From the human T2T-CHM13v2.0 reference genome, Homo sapiens: a stretch of 64,000 nt of DNA. This document shows, in pieces, positions 46,335-61,177 of this stretch; the first letter of the stretch is position 1; every line of letters begins with the position of its first letter. The position numbers and the translations under genes were made by a program. Below the pieces are notes generated by a model, which worked only from the letters and a program-made list of their open reading frames with translations, ran no database searches and had not been told where the DNA came from. The stretch lies in assembly GCF_009914755.1 (NCBI RefSeq), contig NC_060932.1. One strand, given 5' to 3'.

Positions 46335-47060
46335 TGTGGCCTTCCATATGACGTAGGAAAAGTGATCTAAAGTTATCTCCGGTAGCTCATGATGTTGTAT
46401 TTTGCCTCTGAGGAGAGTTTTTAGTTTAAAATGAAATGCTGTTTAAAATCAGGATTGCAGAGCTGCTGTTCCATCAATTGCCTGAGATATCAGCTAGTAA
46501 GGGGACACCCAGAGACTTGCCGCGTGGTGTAGCCTTTACTCCTAGAGTCTGCTGGGGCCAAGCGTATGATTCATGTGAGCAAGAGAGTGAACAGACCTTA
46601 GGAGAGAAGTTAACAGTTGCCACAGGATCCCTAGGGAGTGAGGAAGGCTTAGGGAGGAGGTGAAGGAACCATCTCCGTCCACAGAACAGCAAGTCAGAGG
46701 TCCCCAGGGATGAGAAGAATCCAGCAAATGGTCTAGCCCGCCAACAGACAGGCAAAGCCCTGCAACTCTGAAATAAGAACTGGGCTGTGACACTGCTTCC
46801 TCTCTCTCCCTACACTCCAAACCCAGGAGGACTATCTGAGAAGAAAAAGGAGAAATTCTGCTCTGGGTAAGGAAGGAGAGAAGTTTTCTCTATTCCCTCC
46901 TCTGAGCACTGGTCTCACATCTTCAGGAAGCCCAACAGGTTAGAAGGGTATGTGTGTGTGATCTCTGAGGCTTCAAGATTAACCCAAGTTCAAAGTTTTG
47001 CTAATCACAAGGCACTGGACATTTTGATTGCCGACTAAAGAATCTTGATTTTTTTTAAAA
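46335..47060. mobile_element. Possible ancient LTR (MamGypLTR-like)
   Basis: Purine- and GC-richer block ending 'aagttcaaagttttgctaatcacaaggcactggacattttgattg'. Resemblance recalled, not verified. Confidence 0.35.
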
Positions 47061-48429
47061 AAATGTGTCTTGTCTTCTCTGTTCTCCTGAATATATATCC
47101 AGGAGTATCTCTGAGAAATAAAGTAATGCAGCCACTGCATTTAGCAAAATGATGCCCCAGTGGCCTGAAATGATGACTGTGCCTACTGAAATGCCCAGTA
47201 TCTACACCGGCAGCATCTGGTGGATGATGGCTGAGGATGCGTGCGTGTAGGAACTAAACTGCTGATACATTAACTTAGTGTGTCTTTATGATCAATACTG
47301 ATCACTTTAGCAAAATCAACCGTGCAGTAAACTACATTGATCTTAAAGACGAGCGTGTGAACTATACTACAAGACTAGTTTCTGTTATTCTGTGTGGGTA
47401 GACATAGCCAGGACCTCATTCATAAAGCTCAGAATCAGCCCTGGTGCATTTTCAGATGACAGATATTATCTGCAAACGTATCTTGACTTTAGATTAATAT
47501 GGTATTTACATAAATTAAAGGGACAGTGTGAAACTAGAACAATAATACAATCTTGTTAAAGCTGTGCTCTTGTCACAGCGACGTCTGTGTGAACACCCCT
47601 TTTACTCTCATATAGAACCCCAGAAGAAGAATGTGGAAATATCACTTGGAGAGAACTGCCAAGGAAGTTCACTCACAGATTCCTGCATCCTCTGGCACAG
47701 TGCTGCATGACTTTGAGCTGACCTTGAAATTTATGGTCTGGCACAAATAGTCATTAAACTGGGAACAGCTTGTGCAATGCCTTGATAACAAATGGTACCC
47801 AGCAATGTGTTAGCCGTGGAAAGAAATAAAAATATCCAATTTAGTTTTAATTCTGGAATGGAGAATGGACTGTGATTTTGAGATGCAGTCGCAAAGTTGA
47901 ATGCCAATTCTGAGGAACAGGATAATGTTTATGATCTTCTAAGTGTACTTAAATTGGAGACTAGTAATAGGCTGTTCTGATTGAGCTACGAACAGCTGGC
48001 AGGCATGAGAGTTGTGCACTAACCTTCATCAGGTCTCTTGTTGTAAATTTATGAATTGGTCCCTTTTTCCTCAGCTCTGTGGAGCAAAGGGAAAGGAACT
48101 TATGCTTATCTAATGTATGAATGAGACACCACACCCTCTTAATGGCAGCGTATCTCAGCTTTTGCGTAGTTTACACCTCTGTTACACAAAGAGTCATAAA
48201 ATTTAAACTGGACCCAAGGTAGCACAAGTTAATTTTTATCTCATGAGTTCCCTGAAAAAGTCTAGGCTATTGTATGATTTAGTATTTGGGTAATAAGGAT
48301 TTTTCCACAGGATGTCATATTGTATATGAAATTTTGGTAAGTAAATTACTAATATTACATACAAAAATGAAGCTTTAAGTTTGTCTACATGGCATGAATA
48401 ATATTGACCTATTAAAAGGAAAAAAAAAC

Positions 48430-48850
48430 TGGCTTATTAGCTGTACCTGAGAAGGATATGCCAGGTGAATCTGTCTTACCCACAGGCCCTGGCAAAGGGA
48501 TAGCACTGGGTCATTACTTACACACGTGTAGCAGCTGATTACCTGCAGTATGTACCCAACTCCAGGTCAGGCCCTCTATGGTTGGTTGTGTGGACTGGAA
48601 AGAATAGTTGAGCGGGATCAATTAGATTCCCTCTTTCCAGCATTCTCACTGAAATGTGGGAACAAATTGGCCAGGTGGTATCTGAAAGAGACAGAGTCAT
48701 GGATGGGCAGAATGTAGTTGAGTCTCTTGGTGATCTAAATCAGGGAGAAGAGCTATGAATTCCTGCTACTCAGGTCTCTAGAGCCACTTTATGTCTAGAA
48801 GTGACTTCTACTTCCAAATTCCAGCTTTTGTGCTTGGACTTTGGAGAGGT
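48430..48850. mobile_element. Possible old ERVL-class LTR relic
   Basis: 'gggatcaattagattccctctttccagcatt' resembles the ccaatcagattctctctc motif of LTR16/33-type LTRs. Confidence 0.35.
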
Positions 48851-48959
48851 TTCTAAAAGGTCTTGAAAAATATTCTGGCAGAGACTATCCACCACGAAAG
48901 TGAGGACAGAAAAGTGAAAGGAAATACTTTGATGTCTACCATTTTCACTTTTTACAGAG

Positions 48960-49240
48960 CTGCAGTACTCTGTAAAGGAATCTTAGATTTTATCTGACTC
49001 AGTGTATCTAAAGTGTAGATCCATTCGTATGGCTTTCCAAGAACCAGTCTATAAATCATAAGATGGATTCCCATAACCTACTTCCCTAGATTCAGCACCT
49101 CCTGAGTGGTTCCTAGGACTCTCTTTTTAGAGAGCCTCCAGGCAATTCTAATGTCTTGGACTAGCCAGGTTTGGGTCCTGATATTGCTAACTCTCTCATT
49201 TTGTAGATTAGAAAATTGAGGCACAATGTCTTCACATGTC
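48960..49240. mobile_element. MER5-like MITE relic within a MIR relic
   Basis: 'ctccaggcaattctaatg...agccaggtttggg' followed by 'ctctcattttgtagattagaaaattgaggcaca'. Confidence 0.55.
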
Positions 49241-50355
49241 AAACCCTAAATTGCACAATTAATATATGGAAGAACCTGAAAAAGACTAATATCCTCTTGT
49301 TTCAAGTGTGTTTTCTAATCCACCAGTTTGTTTTTTTACAGAACTTTGGAATCCTTAATTGCAGAATTGACTTTACTAATTCACAAGGACAAGTATATTG
49401 GAGTTTACTGGGCCATCGGTATACTTTTCTATTCTACTATTACCCTAGTCTTTATCAATACTGAAAATAAATAGAAAACACAAGGGGCGATATATTCTCA
49501 AAGAAATGCTAGAAAAAAATTACTATTATCCTCAGTAAAGTTTGTCACACAAGGAAAGTATAGAGAAGGACCTAGAAAAGACAGAGTATGTGCTATGAAT
49601 GTTGAATTATGTGTCAAATTTATAAAGAAATTATAGATTTAAAAATAGTTTTGTAAAGAGAATATTATCAAATGAATATAAAACTATTAAAAAACAATTG
49701 AACATAAAACAAAGGTTCTACAATTGAACCTAAAACAAAGTTAAGCTATGAAGTTAATTTTAAAACCATAGTAAAATATTTACGTTGGTAATATTCATTA
49801 AGTAAGCATCTTATTAGTTTCTCTTTCATGTTATTTCTGTAATTGTTTTTAACCTAAGGATATTGTTTACTTTTTTTAAGGGCTTATCATCACAGCTATC
49901 TGGCCTATACACTAAATCTTTTCTTTAAATGTTTTGATGTGTTTTTTTTTTTTACTGTGCTGTTTTCCTTTGCCAGCTAGGTTTAAGTGATTCTGTAGAT
50001 GCAGTCTGGTCTCTACTTTGCAGATAACCTTGATGCAGGCTTATTGAAGCATAGAAAAAAAATGCACATTTAAATGTAACTACAAAAGTTTAACATTGAC
50101 ATAAGGAAAAAGCAAGTGTATTAATGTGTCCATTGAAAGTCTCTGTTACTGGGCTCATCAAAGAATTTTTGCATGGTCTTTGAAAGAGTTACAAGTAAAG
50201 TACATGGAAATAAAACTAAGCACAATGAAGTAAAAATGTATCAAATATATTCAAGAGTTTATGCTCAGAAATGAAAATTATTAGTCCCACTCCTTCATAT
50301 CTTCCTGCATTCTTCTACATTTTCAAATAAATGTGGCATATTACAGAGAACACAT

Positions 50356-51204
<849 letters not shown>

Positions 51205-51499
51205 TATTCTCTCCATCTCACTTCCCTTTTGCTCCTCCAGGGCAAAAAAGGGATTACTCTGGCTAGCACTTTGTACTTACTGGACAATATTTTTTAAAAT
51301 AGAAGGTAGGTTTTTATGTCAAAGGGAAATGAAGATGTGAGTCTCCCTAGTTCCAGAGAACCACTCTTACTGGAGTAACATCTATCTTAGATGTTCACAG
51401 TGGCGAGTAAAAACCTTTTGTGTATGTGCGTATCTGTCCTGGCAAGTATCTTCAACTTGCTCCTTAGACCAGGAAAGTAGCCAGTTTCAGAGCAGCAAA

Positions 51500-51725
51500 A
51501 GCTAGGCAATGTACTAGGCAATATTCTAAATGTGTTACAAAATGTATTAAAAATAAATGTATTATAAAAATGAAATTCATGAATCCTCACAACAACCTAG
51601 TAAGGTAGATACTATCATTATCTCTATTATACAGTTGAAGAAACAAAAGCACAGATAAAGAAACTGAGTCAAAGCGACTTGTCCAAGGTTTGAGAGTTTA
51701 GAGGGCTACAAGACTGATCCTAAAA
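51500..51725 (-). mobile_element. MIR SINE
   Basis: 'aatcctcacaacaacctagtaaggtagatactatcattatctctatt...gacttgtccaagg'. Confidence 0.8.
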
Positions 51726-51737
51726 CTCTGAAAGAAG

Positions 51738-52000
51738 GGACTTCTAGAAAGGTGTAAAGGGGTTAGGTGAAGACCCTCCCTCAAAGAGACAAATATTAAG
51801 CTGTTCAAAATTAGTAAAGACAATTATTCAGTCTCTGGAGGTTGATCCAAGGGCTTACAACAAATTAGGAGTCATTTATTCATCAACATTAATTGGACTC
51901 TGTGAGAACAGTAAGAAGCCAGCATTTATCTAGGGGTGACAACCCCACACTTCCTCCCAGCTCTGTGTCTTGAAGCGGCCATTTCAGTGGGGATCTAAAG
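51738..52000 (+). mobile_element. Possible ancient L1 5' UTR fragment
   Basis: 'gacttctagaaag...tctctggaggttgatccaagggcttacaacaaatt...catttattca' resembles L1M 5' ends. Confidence 0.45.
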
Positions 52001-53399
52001 ATGCTCTAAGCAATATCTCAATGTCCCCCAACTTCCAGGTCCTGCTTTGTAGGGAGGGCTCAGGCAGGACAGCTGGGGAAGAATGCAGCCCCTCATTTCC
52101 CCATAGCTGTGTGCCACTGTTCCTGGGAGACCTGCAGCCTGTGAACATCCCCAGATCCCACCTACTCCAGCTCTGGGGTGCAGCAGATCTATACTAGTCT
52201 GCGGCATTCATTCCCAGTTCCCTCCCCACCTTCGGTGTCATAGCACAGAGGTTATGCCCAGAGGACAACTGAGCAGGTCTCCAAGAACAGCAGTACCCTG
52301 CCCTGCCAAGTTTGACTATTCAGCTAAAGTAAGTGGCTCAGCTGGTAATTTTGGTATTTAGTTGAAGTCTATCTCAATCACACTTGGATTGAATTGACTT
52401 CTTTATAGTAAGCCCAGTGCTCTTTAATCCACTAAGTATAGCTTGAAATTACTCCCTGTGGGCTATCTTACTTGTTAAAATCATAAGGGAAGATCACATT
52501 TATTGACTTCTTATTCTAACACTTAGTATATTCCTTATTTTAATGTGAAGTCACCATTAAAGCTTTCAGTCCAAGACAAATGAAATAGCTATATATTCAC
52601 TCACAAAAGTAGGCAAGAATTCATAAAATGATACAAGAAGGGGAGACACTGGTTAGGCTTAAGGTATCCAATTTTCTCTCAAAATTAATGCATTACTTTG
52701 AATGTAAAAGCCTGATTGTGCCACATGGTAGAGAATAAACTGATCTCTCTATGACTAATTCAGATTTTATTTGGTCAATAACATAGTCGTTGTAGTATTG
52801 GGAAGAAATTACATGTTTGTTTTTATTTGATGTGTACTTTATTTATGAGCTATAAGTTACCTCAGCCAGTCCAGCAATTTCCCCCAGATCTTTGTAAGTT
52901 TAGGTGAACTGTTAGTCATAAACTTTTTCATGGCATAATAATTAGTAGAGATACTTAAGCAGAATTGAAAATGTCATATCATTAAAATAAATATATTTAT
53001 TAAATGTTTTTTGAGATTCTGAATGCCCATGTTAAGTAACAAACATTCATCTAGAACCTATAGCCCTGCTTTTTTAAGGCTAACATATTTACAATTCTGA
53101 AGTCACTAATTTTTTGTTTAGTAGACATTTGTAGTTAGATGTGGACATGTATAAAAAGCAGCATAGTTGAGCAAAGATTCATTTGAATGGTATAAGAAGG
53201 AACATATGGCCTTCAGCTTGACTGGACTTCATAGAAACTCCTCTGCAGAAAAATATTGGGTGGTGATATCTGATTAACAGCAATATAGAGAGAAAACGTG
53301 GGGATGCAGGGAAGTCATTCATTTATGGAATGGATGTTTGTGATTAGCAGACACCCAAGTAATTCTCAATTAAAAAATAGATTCACAAAAGTAATTGAG

Positions 53400-54340
53400 A
53401 TATTGGGAAATGGTTTGGTGGTTCCTAAAGAAGTAAACATAGAGTTATATGGTAATATAAACTATAGGGTAATATGATCCAGAAATTCCATTCCTAGGTA
53501 TATATTCAAAAGAAGACACACAGGTGGCCAATAAACATGAGAAAAATGCTCAACCTCACTAATCAATAGAGAAATGCAAATAAAAACCACAAGACACCAT
53601 TTCACACCAGTCAGAATGGCTGTTACTAAAAAGTGAAAAACATCAGATGCTGGAGAGGCTTCAAAGTAAAGGAAATGCTTATACACTGTTGGTGGGAATG
53701 TAAAGTAGTTCAGCCACTGTGGAAAGCAGTCTGGAGATTTCTCAAAAAACTTAAAGCAGAGCTAGTATTTGACCCGCAATCCCACTACTGGGTACATACC
53801 CAAAAGAAAATAAAATCATTCCACCAAAAAGATACATATATTTGTATGTTCACTGTAGCACTATTCACAATAGCAAAGACATGGAATCAACCCAGGTGCC
53901 ATCAATGGTGGATTAAAGGAAATGTGGTACACACATACCATAAAACTCTTACATAGTCATAAAAAATAATGAAATCATGTCATTTGTAGCAACATGCATG
54001 GAACTGAAGACCATAATCTTAAGCAAATTAATGTAAGAACAGAAAACCAAATACCACATATTCTCAGTTGTAAGTGGGAGTTAAACACTAAGCATACATG
54101 GGCATAAATATGAAAACATTAGACACTGTGGAATACCAGAGGGTGGAAGGGATGGGGGTTAAAAAAACTACCTATGGGTACTATGCTCACTACCTAAATG
54201 ATGGGCTTCATACTCCAAACCTCAGTATCGCACTATATTCCCATGTAACAAGTCTGCACATGTATCCCTGTATCTAAAATAAAAGTTGAAATTTAAAAAA
54301 CATTGAAAACAAGTTCTCAGTAAGAAACTTGCGTACATGG
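53400..54340 (+). mobile_element. L1MA-like 3' fragment (~53507-54300) nested in an older L1 fragment
   Basis: Host 'atgatccagaaattccattcctaggtatatattcaaaagaa' resumes at 'ttgaaaacaag'. The insert has HCWWECKVVQPLWK and a 3' end 'tctaaaataaaagttgaaa'. Confidence 0.85.
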
Positions 54341-55596
54341 AGAAGGGTTTCTGGGAAGATGGCAGAGTAGCAAGCACCAAGAATCTGTCTCCCCACCTAG
54401 ACAACAATTGTACTGGCAAAGTCTGTCTGGCGTAAATATATTGTAACTCTGGAGCCTATTGAAGGTTTGAACCTTCCAGGGAAAGGCTTAGACAGTATAT
54501 TGCAGTTAATTTCAGTCAATTTCAGCAATTAGCACAGTAGCAGCTATCCATTCTCAATCTCTAGCATCATGGTAGACAGTTTTGCACATGTTCCTGGAGC
54601 AAGCTTCACACCACTTGTGGGAGCCAGAGTGGGCAAAACAGACACTATACTACAAATACTGGATATCTTTGCTCTGACCAATGATTGCTGCTTCTAATCA
54701 CAGAAGTACAAACAAGGTGATAAGTAACCATTGTTGATTCATCTTCCCCTATTGATGTAAGCCCCTTCCTCTCTGACTGATGTAACTTCCAGAAGATTTA
54801 AAGTGACAGCACATCTCCCTCACCTCATTTTCCATTTTCCCTTCTTTGGAGAGCCAGATATTAAAAGGCTAAGATATTTAAAAGCAACTGAATATATGGG
54901 GAAAATTGGAAAGTGACTGTGCATGCCAAGGGATAGGCGCAGGCTTAGAAAAGATCTAAGAAAACATTAAGTTGATACCTTAGACTGATCCTTGGCACAG
55001 AGACTGCCTACAGCAATTTAAAATAAATACATAAACAAAACAGGAAAACCCAGAAAACTCTAGGAAAGGGGAGAACCTGATTTCCAGAGATGCTACTTTA
55101 TTAGATTCAAAGGTCTAGTTTCCAACAAAAATAAATCACAAGATATATAAAGAGACAGTAAAGGATGGCCCATTCAAAGGGAAAAAAATAGACAAAAATT
55201 GTCCCTGAAAATATTTGATGGAAAATCTACAAAACGATGATGTTAAAACAACTATCTTAAAGAAGGTTAAGAAACAAAAGGAAGATGTGGAGAAAGTTAA
55301 AAAAAAAACATAAAAGAAATGGGAATATCAATTAAAAATCTAAAAAAAGAAATCTGAAGCTGAAAAATATAATAAGTGAAATAAAAAATTCACTACATGG
55401 ATTCAAAGGTAGATTTAAGCAGGCCAGTAGAAAGAACCAGTGAACTTACAGATAAAACAATGGAAATTATCAAGTTCAATGAACAGAAAGAAAAAAAGAC
55501 TGAAGAAAAGTGAACAGAACCTAAGGGATCTGTGGGACACCATCAATTAGACCAATCTATCCATTGTGGGAGTTTCAGATATAGAAGAGAGAGAAT

Positions 55597-55850
55597 CCCT
55601 GGCAACATACAGAGACCTCATCTCTACAAAATATTAAAAAATATTAGCTGGGCATGGTGGCATACATCTGTAGTCATAGGTACTTGGACAGCTGAGGTGG
55701 GAGGATTGCTTGACCCGGGGAGTTTGAGGCTGCAGTGAGCCCGTAGTTGTGCCACTGCACTCCAACCTGGGTGACAGAGTAGGACTCTGTTTCAAAACAA
55801 CAACAACAACAACAAACACACACACACACATAAAATTTAAAAAAAAAAAC
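55597..55850 (+). mobile_element. 5'-truncated AluJ with (CAA)n(CA)n tail
   Basis: 'ggaggattgcttgacccggggagtttgaggctgcagtgagc'. Confidence 0.9.
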
Positions 55851-56463
55851 AGAGAGAGGGGAGAGAGAAAGGGGCACAGAGAGTATTTGAAAAAATAATA
55901 GCTGAAAATTTCTGAAATTTAATGAAAGACATGAATATAAACACCCAAGAAGCTCAATGAAATCTAAGTAGGATGAATTCAAAGAGGCACACACCAAGAC
56001 ACATTATTATCGGACTTTCGGAAAACAAAGACAAAGAAAAATCTTGAAAGGGGAAAGAGAGGAGCAATTTATCACATAGAAGTGATCTTTAATAAGATTA
56101 TCAGCACATTTCTCATCAGAAATTTTTGAGGCCAGAAGGGAGTGGTCTGACATGTTCAAAGAGCTAAAAGAAAAAAAAATCAACCAAGAATTCTATATCC
56201 AGGTAAACTATCCTTCAAAAGGGAGGGAGAAATGAAGATATTTCAGATTAACAAAAGTTGAAAGCATTTGTTACCACTCGACCTGCTCTGCAAGAAATAC
56301 TCAAGAGTATACAATTAAGTGCTGAATACTTCATTTCATCCTGCAGGATGAAATGAAGGGGCACTAGACAGTAACTCGAAGCTATATAAAAAATTAAAAT
56401 CTCAATAAATGTAAAACATGGGCAATTATTAAAACTAGTGTTATTGTAAACAATGACTTGTAG

Positions 56464-56752
<289 letters not shown>

Positions 56753-58106
56753 TTTCTTTTCTATCATAATTTAAGAGACTAATAATTTTTTAAAACAATT
56801 ATTAATCTAAAAGCTTGTATTACCATAACTTCAGTTTTTAAGTCCACATTTTGTTTTCTACATATTTTAACAAACTCATGCATTTCAAAGAACAATTAGT
56901 TTATATTTTTGGTCACACACAGTATAAAGGTGTAATTTTATGATATCAACAACCAAAAGGGGTGGGGCAAACTGTCAAAGGAATAGTTTTTTTTTACGTT
57001 ACTGAAGTTACGTTTGTATTAAGTTAGAGTATTATAATTTCAGAACATTAATTGTATTCCCATGATAACACCAAGAAACTAACAACAGCATATAAACAAA
57101 AGAAAATGAGAAAGGAATTTAAACATTTCACTAGAAAACACCAACTAAACCAAAAAGGAAGCAATAATGAAAAAAATGCCAGGGGAAACCTATAAGGTAC
57201 ATAAAAATAGATATCAAAATGAGAGAAGTAATTCCCTCCTTTTCAGTAATTATTTTAAATAAAATGGATTAAATTCTCCAATCAAAAGACATATATACTG
57301 CCTACAAGAAACTCACTTTAGATCCAAAGAAGCCAATAGATTGAAAATGAAAGGATTGAGAAATATATTCCACACAAATAGCAACCAAAGGAGAGAAATA
57401 ATGGCCATATTAATATCAGCTAAATAGACTTAAAAAAGATTACAGGAGACAAAGAATGACACCATATACTAATAAATGGTTCGATACAGCAAGATGATAC
57501 AATAATTATAATATAAACATTTACACACCTAATGACAGATCCTCAAAATATATGAAGCAAAAACTGACAGAAATGAAGGGAGAAATGGACAGTTCTGCAA
57601 TAATACTTACAGAATTCAATGCCTCACTCTAAATAATGGATAGAAGAACCACACAGAAGGCAAGTAAGGAAATGCAAGACTTAAACTCAATAAGCCAACA
57701 AGATTTAATGGAGGTATACAGGATGCTGTATATAGTTCATATACAGCATACACATTCTTCTCAAGTATACACTGGACATTTTCCAGGAAAGAAGATATGT
57801 TAGGCTACAAGTTAAGTCTCTATAGGTAGGTATCAAACAAAGTATCTTCTCTGACCTCAGTGAGATCAAGTTGGAAATCAGTATCAGAAGTAAATCTGAA
57901 AAATTTATAGAATTATGGAAATTAAACAACATACACTTAAAGAACCAATAGATCAAAGAGAACTTACAAGATAAATTATAAAATATTTAGAAACAAATGA
58001 AAATGAAAATGTAACATACCAAAAACTTATGGGACACAGTGAAAGCAGTGCTAAGGGGGGGGGGGATTTATAGCTATAAATGCTTATATTAAAAAAATAA
58101 GGAAGA

Positions 58107-58310
58107 GCAGGGAGCAGTGGTGCACACTTGTAGTCCAGGCTACTCAAAAGGCTGAGGTGGGAGAATCAGTTTAGCCCAGGGGTTCAAAGCTGCAGTGCAC
58201 TATGAAAGCACCTGTGAGTAGCCACTGCATTCCAGCATGGGCAACATACACAAAACCCCATTTCAATATCAAGCAAACAAAACAAACAAACAAAACACAT
58301 GCACACAAAA
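58107..58310 (+). mobile_element. FAM (fossil Alu monomer)
   Basis: Monomer with the FAM-type 'cctgtgagtagccactgcattccagc'. Degenerate TSD aaaaaataaggaagagc / aaaaaacaagaaagatc. Confidence 0.8.
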
Positions 58311-61177
58311 AAACAAGAAAGATCTAAACTCAACAACCTAACGTTATAATTTAATGAACTCGAATAAAAGAAGAAAGTAAACCCAAAGCTAACAGAAATA
58401 ACGAAATAAAGTTTAGAGCAGAGATAGACAAAAACGAGAATAGAAAAACAATAGAGAAAATAAAAACTTAAATGCTGGTTCTCTAAAAAGATCAGCAAAA
58501 TTGACGAACTTTAGCTAAATGGACTAAGAAAGAAATGATTTAAATTACTAAAGTTAGAAATGAAAGTGGTGCCATTACTACTAATTCTACAGAAATAATA
58601 AAGATTATAAGAGATTACTATGAATAATTGCCAACAAATTGAATAACTTGGATGAACTGGACAAATTCCTAGAAACACAAAACCTGTTGAGACTAAATCA
58701 CAAAGAAACAGAAAATGTGAATATACCTATGAACAGTACAAATATTGAATTCGTAATTAAAAATCTCCTTAAAAAATAAGCACTGGACCTGATGGCTTCA
58801 GTGGAAAATTCATCCAAACATTTAGGCAGAACTAACACCAATCTTTCTCAAACATTTCCAAAAAGTTGAAGAGAAGGGAGTATCTCCTAATTCATTCCAT
58901 GAAGTCCACATCACCCTGTTACCAAAACTAGGCAGACACTGCAAGAGAAGAAAACTACAGATTAATACCCCTTGATGCAAAATCCTCAGCAAAATACTAG
59001 CAAACCAAATTCAACAGTCCTTTAGAAGAATCCTACACCATGACCAAGAGGGATTTATCTCTGGAATGTAAGGATGTTTCAACATATGAAAATCAATCAG
59101 TATAATATATATATAACAGAATGAAATAAGAAAAACACATGATTATTTAATTGGTACAGAAAAAGCATTTGACAGAATTCAATACCTTTTCAGCCCTCAA
59201 AAAACTTGGAATACAAGAAACTACCACAAGATAATAAAAGCCGTATGTGAAAAACACATAGCAAACATCATAAACAAAGATAAAAAGACTGAAAACTTTT
59301 CCTCTAAGATTAAGAACAAAGCAAAGATGCCTGCTCTCTTCATTTCAACATAAGACTAGAATTTCTAGCCTGAGCAATTAGGCAAGAAAAAGAAATAAAA
59401 ACCATCTAAATTGGAAAGAAAGAAGTGAAATTATCTCTGTTCACAGATGATATAATCATATATGTAGAAAAGTAAAGATCCCCCCAAAAATTGTTAGCAT
59501 TAACAAATGAATTTATCACAGTAGCAAAATACAAAGCCAATACACAAAATCAGTTGCATTTCTATACTCTTTAACAATGAACAATCTGAAAAGGAAGGTA
59601 TGAGAATAATTCCATGATAATGGAAGCAAAAAGAATAAAGCACTTAGAAATTAACCAAGGAGGTAAAAGATTGTACAATGAAAAGTAGACAACATTACTG
59701 AAAGAAATCAAACAAGATGTAAATTCATGAAAGTACATCTCATGTTCATGTCAAAATGAACAGATTCAATGTAATCACTATCCCAATGACTTTTTTTTTT
59801 GCAAAGATAGAAAACTCATTTAAAATTCATGTGGAATCTGAAAGCACCCTGAATAGATGAAACAATCTTGAAAAAGAAGAGCAAAGCTGAAGGACTCAGA
59901 TTTTCTGATTTTGAAACTTACTGCAAAACTACAGTAATCAAAACAATGTGGTACTAGCATACAGACAGACATATAGACCAATGGAATAAAATAGAGAGCC
60001 CATAATTCCACCTTGTGATATATGGTCAAATAATTTTTGACAAGGATGCTAAAACCGTTCAATAGAGAAAGGACAGTTCTTTCAACAAATGGTACTGGGA
60101 AAGCTGGATATCCACATGTAAAAGAATGAAATTTGTGCCTTACCTAACACCATTTAAAAAAAAATCACTCAAAATGGATCAAAGAACTAAATGTGAAGTC
60201 TAACCTATAAAACTTGTAGAAGAATCAACATGAGGTAAAAGCTTCATGACCTTGGATTTGGCAGTGATTTCTTGGATATGGCACCAAAGGCACAGGCAGT
60301 AAAAGAAAAAAATGACAAATTGTGAGCATCATGAAAATTAAAAAAAAAATGTGCATCAAAGGACCATATCAACAAAAAAAGTAGGCAACCCACCGAATGG
60401 GAAAAATGTTTGCAAGTCATATAACTGATAAGGGATTAATATCTAGAATATATAGAGAACTCCTAAAACTCAACAACAACAACAAAAAATCCAATTCAAA
60501 ATGTGCAAAGGACTTGAATGGACATTTCTCCAAAGAAAATAAATTGGAATTGCTTCCCATTGTTGGTAGGAATGTAAAATGATAACAGCTACTACACAAA
60601 GCAGTATTGCAGTTCCTAAAAAAATTAAAAATAGAATTACTATATGATCCAGCAATTCCACTTTTGGGTATACACCCGAAAGAATTGAAAGCAGGGATTC
60701 AATGAGATATTTTTTATATCTACGTTCATAGCAACACGATTCACAATAGCTAACATGTGGAAACAACCCAAGTGTCTATAAATGAATGAATGGATAAGAC
60801 AAATATGGTATATACATGCAATGGAATATTATTCAACCTTAAAAAAAATGGAAATTCTGACATATGCTGTAACATGGAAGAACCTTGAGAACATTATGCT
60901 AAGTGAAATTTCATTTCCAAAAAGACAATTACTGTGTGATTTTACTAACATGAGGTACTTACAGTAGTCAAAATTATAGTCAGAAAGTAGAATGGTGGTG
61001 ACCCAGTCAGGGACTGGGTCAGGGGACTGGGGAAATGGGGAGTTATTGTTTAATAGGTACAGAGTATCAGTATGACAAGATAAAAGAGTCCTGGAAATGG
61101 GTGACAGTGATGGTTTCACAGCCTTATACATGTATTTAATACCACTGAACTGTACACTTAAATATGGTTAAGATACT

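Noticed and set aside
47208-47225. CTCF-like ccaccagatgctgc on the - strand
   Set aside because: It lacks the conserved GGC of the core; it may only be an E-box and cannot be supported without ChIP data.
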